From Tubiluchus corallicola (Eukaryota; Animalia; Priapulida): DNA of 64,000 nucleotides. Positions 1-13,929 of this stretch are shown here, piece by piece. The notes under the pieces were generated by a model. It worked only from the letters and a program-made list of their open reading frames with translations. It did not search any database and was not told where the DNA came from. The stretch covers positions 281,267-345,266 of the forward strand of contig JAQGDQ010000236.1 in assembly GCA_030141605.1 (NCBI GenBank), given 5' to 3'. Numbering within the stretch: position 1 is the first letter of the stretch; the number at the start of each line of letters is the position of its first letter. The translations under genes and the position numbers were made by a program.

Positions 1-841
1 TAAAAGCGTTTTTAATTCTGCTTGATTAAGTCAGAGGTATATTAACTTTTTAAGTACTAATTACTGCTAAATTCCCAGTATTTCTGACATTATTTTATGA
101 ATCTTAGCATTTGGCAAGCTTTGCTTCTTTAAAAATATCTTCTCTGACGAAGTTATACATGTGCTAGATTATCAGCTTTTCTTTAGCCAGTGCAACGATG
201 GCGCTGTTTGTTATTTACTTGCTTTGTTTTTGGCCTGTTTTGTTGAGTAAATGAGCTGCATAATCTTTGTTAGCTCAACTTTGCTGTTAACTTTCATCAA
301 ATTCCCGAGTGCTTCTCTGCATATATAAACATAACCACCTAATCTATATTTCATTTAAATTTTAGCAATTTTGTTTGTCCAGAGAGATGCGAGTTGAACA
401 AAATCGACTTTAGTGCAGTGCTATTATGTTTTTTTGAAGTTTATTTTGACTGCAAAAAGACAAAGATTTTATTAATGGGTTTCTATAAAGAAATGAATCC
501 TTTCTGCAACTTACTTGTTATGCGGTTAAGAGTAGTAGCTGCAAGAATAGAGTAAGCTTAATAACAGTGCATATGATCAACAAGCAGTTTCCACTGTTTA
601 ATAATTAATAGGGATATGTCACTAATAAGGATATAAAATTATTAAAGCGAAAAAAATGTATATTGCTTTTTTATGTATACGTTTTTCAGTGACTGCTGCT
701 CTAAGGTTCTGTTTGGTCTTCTGTCAATAGAAGTTCATTTATAGCATAAAAAAACGTAAGAACTTGATTTAAACGGCTACGATAATTGATAAATTATTTA
801 GATTAATTATTTACGTATGCAATTTGTGCATATGTTTATTA

Positions 842-1068
842 ATTAATAAAGAAATCCCACAAAGAAAAATCCCAAAATATGTAATGATTAAGATTTTAGT
901 GCATGGGTTTTAGGTCAGGTGGGAGGAGAGAAAAACCAGAAAAAAACACTAAATTATTTTTGAGACTTTGTTCTAATCACTTATTAGTCGCAGAATATGC
1001 AGCACAGAAAAAGATCCAGTTTCAACATCTTCTCAATCTCAATTTCTTGGTGGGATTTTTTTATTAAT
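842..1068. repeat. Small fold-back / MITE-like element
   Basis: ATTAATAAAGAAATCCCACAAAGAAA (~842) is an imperfect inverted repeat of TTTCTTGGTGGGATTTTTTATTAAT (~1043-1068). Confidence 0.45.
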
Positions 1069-1795
1069 TGTTTCAATCTTTGATAACATTTATTTTCGTA
1101 TTATGTACGTTGAAGGAACAGAAACACTGCAAGTTGATGACACTTCGTTAAAATACTATTTTCATATGCATAGACTTATTTAACGTGTTCTGACTGCAAT
1201 TATTTATGGAGTATTTTATAATTAACTTGATGCAAATATAACATCATTTCGCATCAATAATTAGGCCTTTTGTGCATAAATTAAAGTTTGCCATGTTGTA
1301 CAGTTTGTTTTTATAATGTTCCAGTTGCTTTGATGAGAGCAGGTGCCGATGCTTTCATGTTATCATCCTCGTAACTCCCATTTTTGTCTATACGAACTAA
1401 ATGAATGAATAAATATTAATTTGTTTGAAATAAACAAGCGACTTTAACTGTACATATCTGCTCACATCATTTTTATAATTATACGTCCTCGTTACAAAAT
1501 AAATAATGCATTTGCATTAACTGAACTAAAACAATAAAATAAAGTCAAAGCAGCAATTATTCATTAACACAGCAGACAAAAAATGACGCATGGAAACTGC
1601 ATTGCTATGGTTACTAAACAGTTATGTTTTTGCAAGTAAATCGCTTCTAGCTTGTGAGAATTAATATAAAAATTTAAAAGAACCTGATATGATATAATAT
1701 TTATTAAAATACGCACAAAATGTATCACACTCATCAAGCATTCCATTTTTACAAAATACAGTATAATACAGAAAACACTTCACTTGACAAACATT

Positions 1796-1801
1796 TTTAT
1801 T
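1796..1801 (-). terminator. Candidate polyadenylation signal (AATAAA) of DCAF12
   Basis: Plus-strand TTTATT about 35 nt downstream of the DCAF12 stop. AATAAA is common in AT-rich DNA, so this is weak evidence. Confidence 0.35.
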
Positions 1802-1835
1802 TACAGTGAATTTACACTAGTAGCTAAAACAGGCA

Positions 1836-4800
1836 TCATTGCCACACAGCAGCATAGTTCCCCGATAATCCGGCAGGAAGCGGTCCCCCAGCAGTGAAGA
1901 GTCTGGTACCGCTCTCATCGTAGCAGTGAGCATAGATAGCGTTGCGCTGAATTTCATTAGCAAACAGTTCTAGGAAGATTTCATCACGTTCCTAAGAAAA
2001 ACATTAAAAGCACTTCAAACAGTGTGCCAAAAATGTTTCACATTCTAACTGGAAGGCACCAGTTATGTAGAATGTACATGCATCTAATATCTGATACTTC
2101 TGGTACTTTAGTGCCCCACATTACAGGATTTTTACAATGTTAACTTCCAGTCCTGCCACAACTTGCCGCTGAGTGCTGCAAACTGGTATGCAGCATGCCG
2201 AGCTACATGGAAAATGCATAGGCATTGACACACATATGCGCACAAGAAATGTAGGGACTATGAAATAGACGGGGAGGGAGGGGGGAAGAGTGAGAGAAGC
2301 AAAAGGAAAATAAAGAACGAAAATAATGATATAGGCGTGCTATATTATCTTAGATGCGGCAAGTAACACAGCACATAACACATCGCGCAGATGCTCTTCG
2401 CTAGAATCATTATGAAATTTCACTAAAATCTTACCAAGTATCCCTGCCCAGCAACAAGAGCACAGAGCTTTGAATAAGGACACTGGCATTCCAGAAACTT
2501 GTTGCACCGTATGTCGTAAAATAACACATGCCCATTGCCTGTGCCAATTGTCAAGATACTATCCCTAAAACTGACAGATCTGATGCCTAGAAAACATTGA
2601 AATGCCACCTCAAAACAAATGCAAAATAATGAAGACATTATTTCTTAACAGTCTCTTAACAAATAAAAAAGTTAGGCAGCCACATACGTATTTAACAGGA
2701 ATTCCCATTTATTTGCAGAACCATTTTCATTTAAAGGATCTACATTTAAAATAGAAAGTTTGCACAAAAATTTAAGCATCAAGTGTTATCATCATTTACG
2801 GATGATAGAAATGTTGTTTGCAAATATTAAGCTTGTCATACACAGATTCCATCGTAAACAGTATGGCATTTTTGCAACATAATAAATTAAAAATAAGCAC
2901 ATAATGTTAAACCACATTTCCATAAAAAATTTCTTAATGAGACTGATGTTTCTTAAGACAACAAATGTATTGCAAACTCACCGCAACCACGAAAAGGCGA
3001 CACCAGATAGTTTGCCATGTCAAGCGTTCGTGTGTCTATAAAACTAACATGTGATTTGGAACCCACAGCATAAAACTTGTACTGTTCTTGAATTGTCAAG
3101 CAGACATTTTCCAAACAGTACATTAACTTTTTATGGTATTTCTGTAAAAATGCAAGACTTTTGTTAGTTAAAATTGAATGAATGAACACAGAGTAAAATT
3201 CTGATTTGTAATAAAAATATGGAGTAAGCAAAGCTGTGAACACTAAGCCAATCAAAAACAGAAAATCCAAAATGCAGAAATAACACAGTTGTAGAAATGT
3301 ATGTGAATTTCTTAATAAGTACTTACCTGTTTTAGTGTCTGTGCATCAAAAAGGTGCATGTATGCACTGAGTGAAAGAACAGATATCTCCTGCAATGAGC
3401 AAAATTAAATATTAATGTTACTTGACTTTTCTATGACTGTGAAACTTATAAAAACGACGTCTTAAACCTTCCCAAGGTAATAAAAGTGATTCATCATTTT
3501 AGGTAGTTCTGGTCTGCTGCCACACGTCAAGTATCCATGTTGTTTAAGTTGACTATTTAACAAGTATTTCTTCAGAACATCTAGATACATGAACAGCCAT
3601 GTTCATCTTGGTTTCTTCACAGGTATTAGTGAATGATGTTATAGTGTAGTATGTGGAGAATCTTGTGGTAATCTGATGACATGTCAAATTCATCTAAGCC
3701 GATGCTTTTGTAAATCTGTATAACACCACTTCAGTCATTATTTTTCGTGAAATTGTACAGATCCTGATTTGAAATTTGCTTTGGCAACAGCTTTTTACAT
3801 AAAGGCCTTTGGAAAGTATCGATTTCATTTTTGACTGTCCACAATACAGAATTACACAAGAATGCAGGTTCTACAAGTGATGACAAAATATGCAGTTTAG
3901 TTTCTGTAGTGAGATTCAGATTTTCAAAGATGTTTGTAAGCTTAGATTATGTAGTTGTGGCTATTTTCAGTGCCTAGTAAAATACCCGTATATTTACATT
4001 TCTTCCAAGAAGTATTACCAGTATGCTGTATCGTGTATTGTTTTGTTTTGGTGATCTTGTCTTGAACGTAGCTGAAAACCAGTTGCAATTCAAGGCAATA
4101 TGGGCAATCCAGGCTGCCAATAACTCAAGATACCAATTTTTGCAATAATTTACCACACAAATGAAACACAATCAGATTTGTTTTTTAGGTTTTTAAGCTA
4201 TAGAATCCATTCATGCACTGGACAATGGTCAGCTAATGGCTGCGAAATTATATCGCATTCATGCTGTTAAACTCTTCTAAAAATGAACGATTATGCTGAA
4301 ATCCTGTTTACTAGAACTTCGGCTTATTAAGAAAAGCTTACAAACTAGTCATAGCAAAGAAAGTTTACGAAAACAACAATTTTTAATCAAGGTAAAGATA
4401 TAATTTACGGATTTTTTCAAATGCAACACTATCTGGATTACCTGCATTTGACTATTGTAGGCCAGGGCTCGTATTTTCTCTGCTCTTTGTACTTTCTTGA
4501 CTGTCAGAGGCCTGTAAATAGGATATTTTCCAACTTTGGTCAAAGGAGTTGAACATGACACCACGTGGTCCTGAACTCTCCACAGTGCCAACCTGCTATC
4601 TCGAGCACCTGGTTAATTAACAGAAAAACAACATGTAATCTAATGTAGTTGAACAATAAACTGCTTAGGTGAACATTAAAATGAATGAAAATGTTTAGAA
4701 AGGAACTTGGTGAACTTTATTAAAAACAGGTGCAGGAAAGATAAGAAAGAGTTTCAACTCAAAGGTCAAGAAAGGGGTACCTGAAGTAGGTTTCAGAAAA

Positions 4801-7800
4801 ATTGCCTTAAAAATTATAATACGTTATAGCAATTTTATGCACGTGTATCACTCGCATTGAAAGGATTTTAGTTTGTTTTCGGTTTAAATCTCCTGCAATA
4901 CTATTTCAATCGCGCCATTACATCACATCGTATACGCACAATGTAACAGGGGAAGAAAAGGCAGTGTTAAATTATCTACCAAAAAACTTTCAGTGCAAAT
5001 CTATATTACTTAGCATTTTGCTTACCTGCTGGAAAGATTTCTCGTTAAAAGAAATTTTGTTTGTTTTCATTTTAAATCTCCCGCAATATTGTTCCGAAGT
5101 CGCCATTACTTGACGTCACTGCGCAAACGTAAATCGGAGAAGAAAAGCCAATGTTAAATTATGTTCCCAAAAAAACTTTCCGTGTTATATTACTTAGCTT
5201 TTGCTGGAAAGACTTACTTAACTAGAAATATTAATTTAAAATGTTTGTGCCAATTGGAAAGTGTCGCTGGCTCATCTCCAGGGTGTACAACTCACTAACC
5301 AAAAAACATATTTTTAATCTTATTGACCAGACACAATAATTTAAAATTTTACTTAGTTAGTGAGGTGTGCACTACAAATGCTCTGATTATTTTTTCTAAC
5401 TTTACTTAGTGTTATCTAAACTTGTTTCAAATGACTTATCATCAAAATGGCTGCATGTAACGGTCATCGCGGAAGTTCAAATTTACAAAATTTATACAAC
5501 ATTACTTCTGACACAAGCCCTGCATGCAAAAAAAGCAGTATTGTAAGTGGTACAAAATTTCAAGCTTTTTAAAATATCTGTTTAAGCTTTTAAGCTTTAT
5601 ATAAGTGGAGGGTTTTCTTGTGCTTTAAGGAAACTTAGGAAAAGCTACAGTTTGATTATAACAAATGCCCACTGTACAGATTAATTAAACATTAATTAAT
5701 AACCCAAATTAACTCAACTAACGAGCAATTAACTAAGTGGTAAGTGGTAAAGCACATTACACAGTCATTCTTTCATACAATGACAGTAACCAAAAGGATT
5801 GACAGTTAGCTTTAATGTTTCCCAGTAATGTTCGATTAATGCCTCTGTCTGATGCAGCAGTGTCAGAACTACTCGAACTGCATTTAGTTTTGCATGAAGA
5901 TGCAAATGTTCGGCGCAAGCAGCACTTCATGCCACTGAGTTTACCACATATTTTGTCACCATAGATGATACAGACCACGTGAATGTGTAAGTATAAAGCA
6001 CCATTATACCCTTACCTGAAACAAAAAACTCGTCATCTAACCATATCATATCAAATATCCAATCAGTATGACCACTCTGAAATAAAAATTTACATTTGTT
6101 ATTAAACAATTACAATGCACTAGCTGCTAATATAAAAACATATGCCAGCACGCATGATTTAGGCTGGGTCTACATATTTTGTTGCCCTAAACAGAATTAA
6201 AATACACTTGAAATGAAAAACTGATATTTTTAGCCGTAGCATGTTAGATCCACATCATCCATTCGTCTGGCATTACACAATACATACATGCTATCACATT
6301 TGACACGGAAAATTCATATAAAATAACATCACACAACTGACAATGATCAACGAGTTTTGTAGTGCATACAATACAAGATCAGAAGATTAGCTGAGTGTGG
6401 TCATGCTGCAAACTTGACTTTGGGACTTAGACATGTTGGGTCTAGTTAATAAATAAATAGGTGACCAATGTGAAAACCATTTTTAGAGATTTACCGTCAG
6501 TTTTTCTCACTGAGCAAAGATATACTGCATATACATTTGCCAGGCCTAAAACACTGTTGCCAGTTTATTGTTTTATCTCAGAAAATTATACTTGATAATA
6601 TTTCATATCTATAATGTCGGATAAGTGAGTGTCAATCTTGCTGCCAATGAGGTCACATTTATTTATTCTACGTATTAAAATTGAATGCTTATAAATACTA
6701 CAGCTGCTGGCTCCTGTTTTATTCCTTAACTTGGCAGTGATTTGCACTTAACAAAATAATCACATCACAATGTCAACCATGAACAACTGACTGTACATCG
6801 AAAATACAGTAGTGAAAGAATGAGCAATCATACGGGTGTTAAATTAACAGAATGAAAATGAATAATGCAGGTTCGTGTAGCTGATACCAAATTCTACAAG
6901 CAAATTCATAGAATACATCTTTAGAGCATAAAATTTCATTATTGTAAAATAAGCTACAGAAATTAGTGCACACACACATGCATTCCAGGCATGCTGCAAA
7001 AAAGTCTATGGAATGGCACCATGATCCAGTAACAGTAAGTCAGGAATGTGGAAATCATACGACATACGGGAACACTGAAACTATTTGTATTCAATACTGT
7101 TGTATGACAGGATTAACTGTACAATTACAAATAGACTGTGAATGTTCAATGTAGCCAGTGGATTTTAGAGCCATCTGTAAAAAATGTTCCTCATATTTCG
7201 AACTCAGGACATTTTAATTTGGTCATCACAAATTCTGGACACAGCTTCAGTCACATTTGGCTTGATATAGGTTTTACATGTCAAATGTAGACCTGCGTTA
7301 ACTCAAATGTAGATTTAGGTAATTCAAATGTGTCTTGGTAACCCAAATGTAGACTTTGGTAGTTCAAATGTGTTAACAATGGTTTTCAAAAAATCTTGAG
7401 CGCTTTTGGTAAGTCAAATGTAGACACATGTCAAGTAAAATGTGACATTGGTATCTCAAATGTGGATAGGTGGTAAAGTTTAAGGATGTTAAATTTAATC
7501 TTCTTTAATTTCAATTTAATAATTGCTCTTAAGCTAAAATAACAACGTTATAAGTTCACTAATATTCTGCAAACTTTACATACCATTAGAACTGTTAGAG
7601 AAAACAATACATTCTTAAAATAAACAATGTTTCTTGAGAGAAACTAATTCATTAATGCAATCCTTTCGCAAGTCAATATCATTCTGTCTTGTATGAATGC
7701 ATCCTAACAGTTACCAGTGGTAATAATCTAAAACAAATCCACTATCTATAATCACTAATCAGGTACTATGATTGAAACAGAAAAAACTGGAAAAATTGTT

Positions 7801-10800
7801 GAGCAAAAACACTAAGATTTCACCAGATGACAAAATTTGTTTGCTTTACTGACCTCTCCAACGTACACTGGGTCAAATGTTGGTAATCTGTACACAGCTA
7901 CAGCATTCGTGTGCTCTGCACCAGTAGCTAAAAATGTTCGTGAGGGGTTAACGGCGATGCTATGTATTCCACAAGGAGAGTCGGGATCGATGTTCATTGG
8001 ACTGCATTTTAGAATAGGTATCCCAGTTATTCTGCGAGTAAGAATGTCGATTACAAAAATCTGGAAAATGGGGAAAAAGATTTATAAATCCATCATAGTA
8101 AAATAAATAGAAATGCTAGAAATATCGCTTCCTTCCAATACTTGTATGTAGATATTACATTCGCTGAACTTATTAAAGCAAAACTGGACCCAATCTTAAA
8201 CTACAGCTCAAAATAATGTAACATGTGAAAGAATTATTACCACAGAAACCTAATTTCACGTTTGCGCAGCTAGTTCTTCACAGTTACTTGTATTTCGCAT
8301 TCACTAGTTTAATGGGCATTAAAGCCTGTATTTCGGAAACGTCTTGCACACAAAATAGGTTGGTGTGATTCTCAGTTCATAGGTGTTCAGTTGTGATGTA
8401 GTGGACACATTCGAGAACTTAGATTGAGCACAGTAGTAAACTTAAAATTTGAATTTTAAACTAAACTGTGCTGAATTTTTTCATACTACACTGAATGTTG
8501 CCCAGTGCCATTATATTTCAATTTTCAAAATTTTCAATATTTTTGCAAACACATTTGTGCTGTTGAAAATTATGTGCAATTATCGTACCATCACTAATTG
8601 AACTTGCTGACCATTAATTAAGCTTTTAACCTATTATTAAATTACCAGAAAAACTATGGCAATATTACAGGTGGTACAGTGCATACTTTAGTAGGGGTAT
8701 GATATGAAAAATCATCCTGTTTTCCTTTAATATTATTACTGGCATAATGTATGCACAGCTATTAGGGCATTTCCAATATTATACTTACAGAATTACATTT
8801 AGTCACGCAGACAACATGACGACTATCCAGCCACTCGGCATCAAAAACTTTATTCACTTTTCCCAGTTTTATTTCTTCCTCATTCAACAAAACCGGGATC
8901 CACTGCGACACGTATGTGCCAACTGCTGCTTGTGGACGATACTTATCTGCTCCTAGCAACCGCATCCGTTGCAAATCACTATTAGAGTAAATAAAATTCA
9001 AGTAAGTATGCACTAAATTAACATTTACGAAAAGTAACAAACCCAGAAAAGAACGCCTGCAGTAAAGATAATACAATAATAGATAATAAGATATTATACA
9101 TGGACAATTATACAACTGCCACTACAGGACCTAACTGGTAATGGTCGGGTAATACAGACGTCACTATGAGACATGTCTAGAAAGGATCGTGAACTCACAG
9201 GATAAAGCTTCAAAAGTAGAAACATTTCAAAGGGGAGGACAGAACAGTGTGAAGCATCTTGTTGTCGAGAAGCAACTTCGATGATTGGACCATGTAATTA
9301 GGATTAGGTTCAGGCAAAATGTTCTACTGTGAACTAGCAAAGACCTATCAAGGCACCAAAATTGAAGAACAGGGATCATTCAAAGAGCTGCCTGTAAATG
9401 TGTGGTTCTGGTCATGCAAAAGTTGAAATCCTGGCACCAGGCAGATCGCTATGATGATGTTTGGCAAGAGCAAAGGTGGAGCAATTTAAAGCTGAAGAAG
9501 TAGAAAAGATGGATGACAGACAATGCAGGCACATCCACTAACATCATAAAAAGTTCCTCAGCAGTACTCTAAGTGGGCATGTCAACGTTGTCAGAGGACA
9601 TGTGGATCTACAACTGGATGCTGTAGTCACCTAAGAAGTCATAGATAAGGGGAAGAAATGTCATTATCAGAAGTGATGGACAACTTAAAGCAAATAAGCA
9701 AAATGGCAATATAGACTAGAGATTAAACACAGGATCAGTTTAACTAAAAAACTAGTAATGATAAGCATAGCAACAGTTTGCACTCCAGGTCAACATTAAC
9801 ACAATCATTTTGTTTAATTGTGTCGTTATTTGAGTTTACTTCAAACAATGACATTTGTATGATAATTTCTTGTCAGATCACAATTTTCATGAGGAACATG
9901 ATGCTCAAGTTAAAACTGTCACTTTCTAGACTTTCATGCATGTAAACATTTTTTATATAATTCATCACAAAGTAAATAGAGGGCTCAGCAGTAGAGATGA
10001 CTTATGTTGACATTCATACTGAGATTGGAACAGGGTATAATCAAGGATAACCATTTAAGATGAGTTAATGTACTGTCAGAAAAATGCAATTCTTCAGTCT
10101 CTATGAGCCACGAGCTGTAGATCTACAGAGAAAGTCTTACACATGATCATCCACACTCATTGAAGTATCCTGTTTGCTTATGCAGGAGGCACCGCTTAAA
10201 AGACTCACAATTAATGTACTCTATTCCTTAATTGACTCAAAAACGCCTGGTATGGGCCGCTTCTATTCAAATGTAAATAAAAACTGTCGGTAATTGACTC
10301 AAATAACTTCGCATAATTGACTCAATATTTCACCTACTTAAAATAAGACATTTGTGTGTGCCCAAAGAGCCTTTCCTACTTTTATGTAATCATTGATTCG
10401 TTTTTGTGCACTATAATATATTTGGAAACAATCACGTTAAGTACCGTTTTGTTTGTAAGCAGGTATGTTTATCATGCGCTAATATGCTAGCCTAGTGGTT
10501 ATGCTTTGAATCTGTTACCCGTTCGTCCACTGCAAATAACCTCGTCACCCAAGAATTTCTGGCGGTTTCCTTTTGAAGCTCTCGTAGCAAATCAGTAAAC
10601 ATCAAACAGCAAATAGGAGCATAGAGTTAAGAAGTTTGAAAAATGGAGCATAAGCATAAAGATTTAACAGTTGAGAAGACTTTTTAATTTATTGCTAATT
10701 CACTTACATAAATTAGTATTTTAAAATATTTTTTAAATTTTTAACAAAGGAATTTAGGCATTACTTCGCTTCTAAAATTCATTAAAAATCTTTGCAGTGC

Positions 10801-11722
10801 ATACTAAGCGGATGACGCATACTTCTACACCAGTAATATTACACCAGTCGGTTAATTGGGTCAAAACACTTCGGTCCCAAAGTGAGTCTATTAAGCGGTA
10901 CCTACCGTATATACAAAAAATGTTACATAGCTTTAGCACATTTATGCTAGTAAACACATACGGAGCCTAGTCACTGGGGGGGGGGGGCAAGCCAGCCCAA
11001 CTCAGTGCCGGTCCCAAGCCCGGATAAATACGGAGGGTTAGGGTTCAGGAAGGGCATCCGCCTGTGAAAACTGCGCCAAAACCTTCTATGAATGAGTCGG
11101 TGAGACTTAAAGGTAAAGTCCACAAAGAAGTGGTCAGACCCGCTCTAATCTATGGGCTGGAAGCAGCTTCTCTAAACAAGACCGAAGAGAAGAAAATGGG
11201 TGTGGTGGAGATGAGGATGTTGAGATGGATGGTGGAAATAACAAGAAGAGATAAAATTAGAAATAATAATATCAGAGGAACAGTAAAAGTAGTGGAAGCC
11301 TCGCAAGATTGCAATGGTATGGACACCTGAAAAGAAGAGTCAGTGAAGATCATGTGGGAAGGGAGGTCATGGAAATGGAAGAGCTGGGAAATAGAAGAAG
11401 AGGACGACCCAAGCAGAGATGGATTGAATGTATTAATGGAGACCTTAGAGAGAAGAACATAAATGAAGAGATGGTCAACAACAGGAATGCGTGGAGAAGA
11501 CTCATTCACAACGGCGACCCCGCATAGGGAAAAGCTGGGAAGAAGAAGAAGAAACACTTACCCAAATAAACTGCTTTGCTCATCGGTTGGAAATCTAACT
11601 CTTCTGTCCTTCCAGCAACTTTCACAGCGTGAACTGTAGCCAAACTGAGAAAGTTTGGATGCACGACTAGGATCAATAAACAAAGGACGACTACCAGGGC
11701 CCAATTGCATTATCCTCGGCAT
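1836..11722 (-). CDS. DCAF12: DDB1- and CUL4-associated factor 12 (WD40 CRL4 substrate receptor), 9 coding exons, ~438 aa
   Basis: Exons in transcript order: 11722-11562, 8978-8789, 8060-7854, 6076-6016, 4608-4442, 3389-3327, 3141-2982, 2586-2435, 1991-1836. All introns are GT-AG with matching phases (1317 nt incl. TGA). Peptides [98 protein letters not shown] and [35 protein letters not shown] match human DCAF12 as I recall it. The first exon and ATG are less certain than the WD40 exons. Confidence 0.95.
4870..5215. repeat. Diverged tandem duplication, ~185 bp unit, 2 copies
   Basis: TTTGTTTTC..TTTAAATCTCC.GCAATA..CGCCATTAC..GAAGAAAAG..GTTAAATTAT..AAAAAACTTTC..TACTTAGC..GCTGGAAAGA occurs at ~4872 and again at ~5060. 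Confidence 0.7.
7278..7470. repeat. Degenerate ~21 bp minisatellite
   Basis: About 8 recurrences of (TTGGTAAN)TCAAATGT(A/G)GAC. Confidence 0.7.
8177..8726. mobile_element. Non-autonomous DNA transposon with TTAA flanks (Kolobok-like)
   Basis: TTAA-AGCAAAACTGGA ... TCCTGTTTTCCT-TTAA (purine-initiated TIRs, TTAA TSD). Homologous sequence recurs at 44590-44823 and, inverted, at 45475-46046. Confidence 0.65.
9120..9690 (+). mobile_element. Decayed RTE (BovB-type) LINE 3' fragment
   Basis: Remnant QLR*LDHVIR (~9274-9302) and a C-terminal C2H2-like [21 protein letters not shown] (~9580-9648), typical of RTE ORF ends. Confidence 0.55.
10183..10907. mobile_element. MITE, Tc1/mariner-pogo-like family A, copy 1
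   Basis: TIRs CAGGAGGCACCGCTTAAAAGACTCAC / GTGAGTCTATTAAGCGGTACCTACCG-TA; internally homologous to 62736-63611. Confidence 0.8.
10962..11551 (+). mobile_element. Internally deleted RTE-1 (Expander/Rex3-like) retrotransposon
   Basis: The 5'UTR-type motif GCCGGTCCCAAGCCCGGATAAA..GGAAGGGCATCCG joins directly to the ORF C-terminus ([35 protein letters not shown] / [28 protein letters not shown]). It has a (GAA)n tail and 10 bp flanking direct repeats AAACACATAC/AAACACTTAC. Confidence 0.88.
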
Positions 11723-12089
11723 GACTAATACAGCATTCTTCTACACACCATTCCAAAACACAAGTCAGCTATCCATAATCAGTACAGGTCTTATAGACAT
11801 TAACGGATGAAGGTAATTGCAGTTACATGACGAACATGAGTCGAGTCAAGGCAAGAGAGGCTCACGTAGAATCTGGCTTTTGAAAAACATTCTCCACATT
11901 TCTTGGTCAAGACAGATGCCTTTTGAAAATATACAAAACAGCTGTGTTATCACCTCATTAGCAAATTAAATTTATAACTAATTTATACTAAATAAAGCAA
12001 ATTATCTGCATTTAATTAATTTAAGGCAAATAGTGCAGTATTAATTTAGACAATTTTTCATTATGTATTATTATTCCTGTAACTTCTAA

Positions 12090-12093
<4 letters not shown>

Positions 12094-12121
<28 letters not shown>
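12094..12121. repeat. (TA)n microsatellite
   Basis: Perfect TA run. Confidence 0.95.
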
Positions 12122-12123
<2 letters not shown>

Positions 12124-13485
12124 CTAATCAGATTTTGAATTCGCAAGCATAAGTCATGATCGAACTAATCATCAATGCAAGCCTTAACTGCATTTTTGTG
12201 AGAAAGCGACACAAGAGAGGATGCTCAATTGATAATAGCAAAACTGAATTTAGAGAAAGGTTTGAAGTAGCAATTGGAAACACCTACTCTTCAATAGTAG
12301 CTATTAAAATGAATTTGCCTGAGACTATTACTGCTTGTCACCAGTATGACACATTTAAATATATGCTACCCAAGGCAAAACTTGCTACATGGGAATACAA
12401 TAAGCAGCATACCAGCGTTTTGAAGTAACAGGGGTTCTCATAAATGTCAATGCTTTTTTTATGATTACGCATCAATTAAATTGCTTTATTTCAGTAAAGA
12501 AGTGACGTAATAAGCCTTCCAAAAGCTCTAACCAGAAAATGTACCCATTTCCGGGGTGCTGCTCCGAATCCATCGAAGAAACTTACGCCTCACAAGATTC
12601 ACCCAAGCCACCTTAGATGTTACTTGAAACATCCTAAATAAATTTACTGTTACTATTGAACTTTCATCGTTGATCCTATTTTGCCCAACTTACATCTTAA
12701 CAAGACTGTTAACAGGTTGTAGTTTCTTCACAAGTCTGTTTTTTGGAAACTTAAAGCCACCAAGGCCTAACCGAAAATAAAAGAAATTAAACTGAATAAT
12801 TGAATTAAATTGAATATATCTTAAAACAATGAGTTCGGAAGAACAGCCTACTACTACGGTAGACCAAATAAAATTTCAAGTTTTAAATGCAAACTCGTCT
12901 AAATTTTCTGTTAATTGTTATACCATTGCACATTAAAAGATTATAATAATAATTATAGTAATAATAATAACAACAGCAATAATAATAGCAATAACAAACA
13001 TTACCTGTTTCAAATTACAAATTTATAACTTATTATCGAACTTTGAACTTGTAAAATATTTTGTGAAGTCTATCTCATTAGTTAACTTGCTACCTGAAAT
13101 CGAAGCCGCAAAAACGATAATGTTGTAGTAACTTTTCAATTTCGGCTGATTTTGTTTTTACACCCACCGTGTCCAGTGTGTCGAGCAGACTGCACTGAAA
13201 GTATGAAAATTGTTTATTATAATTACTTAATATATAGTCAAACTAGAAAATTATTTTAAAACAGAAAGTTTAATAAAGATATTGGAACATATAACTGTTG
13301 AAGATAATTATGTTAACATTTCCAGTTTTATGATAAAGCCGTTTGTAACACTGCCACTATAAAAGCTGTAAATTTGATGTGGATTTATTGTAATCACTAA
13401 TAATTAGGTTTAATTGACATTACAATTTGTAATGATTATTATCTTGTCTTTAGGCTTCCATTAGATGTAATGTAAGATATCAGCT

Positions 13486-13800
<315 letters not shown>

Positions 13801-13929
13801 ATTCTTTATTGCTAAAAAGCTACATACAATACAAACATAAAGTTGATTCCAATTTACATTTACAGATTGGATGGTCTAGATGGGATATCATTAGGCTGTT
13901 TAAATTTCATATATATCTTTTGAACTTGT

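Noticed and set aside
10141-10169. AG..GT-bounded 29 nt cassette in DCAF12 intron 1
   Set aside because: It introduces a TGA in the required phase, and exons 1 and 2 already join in frame without it.
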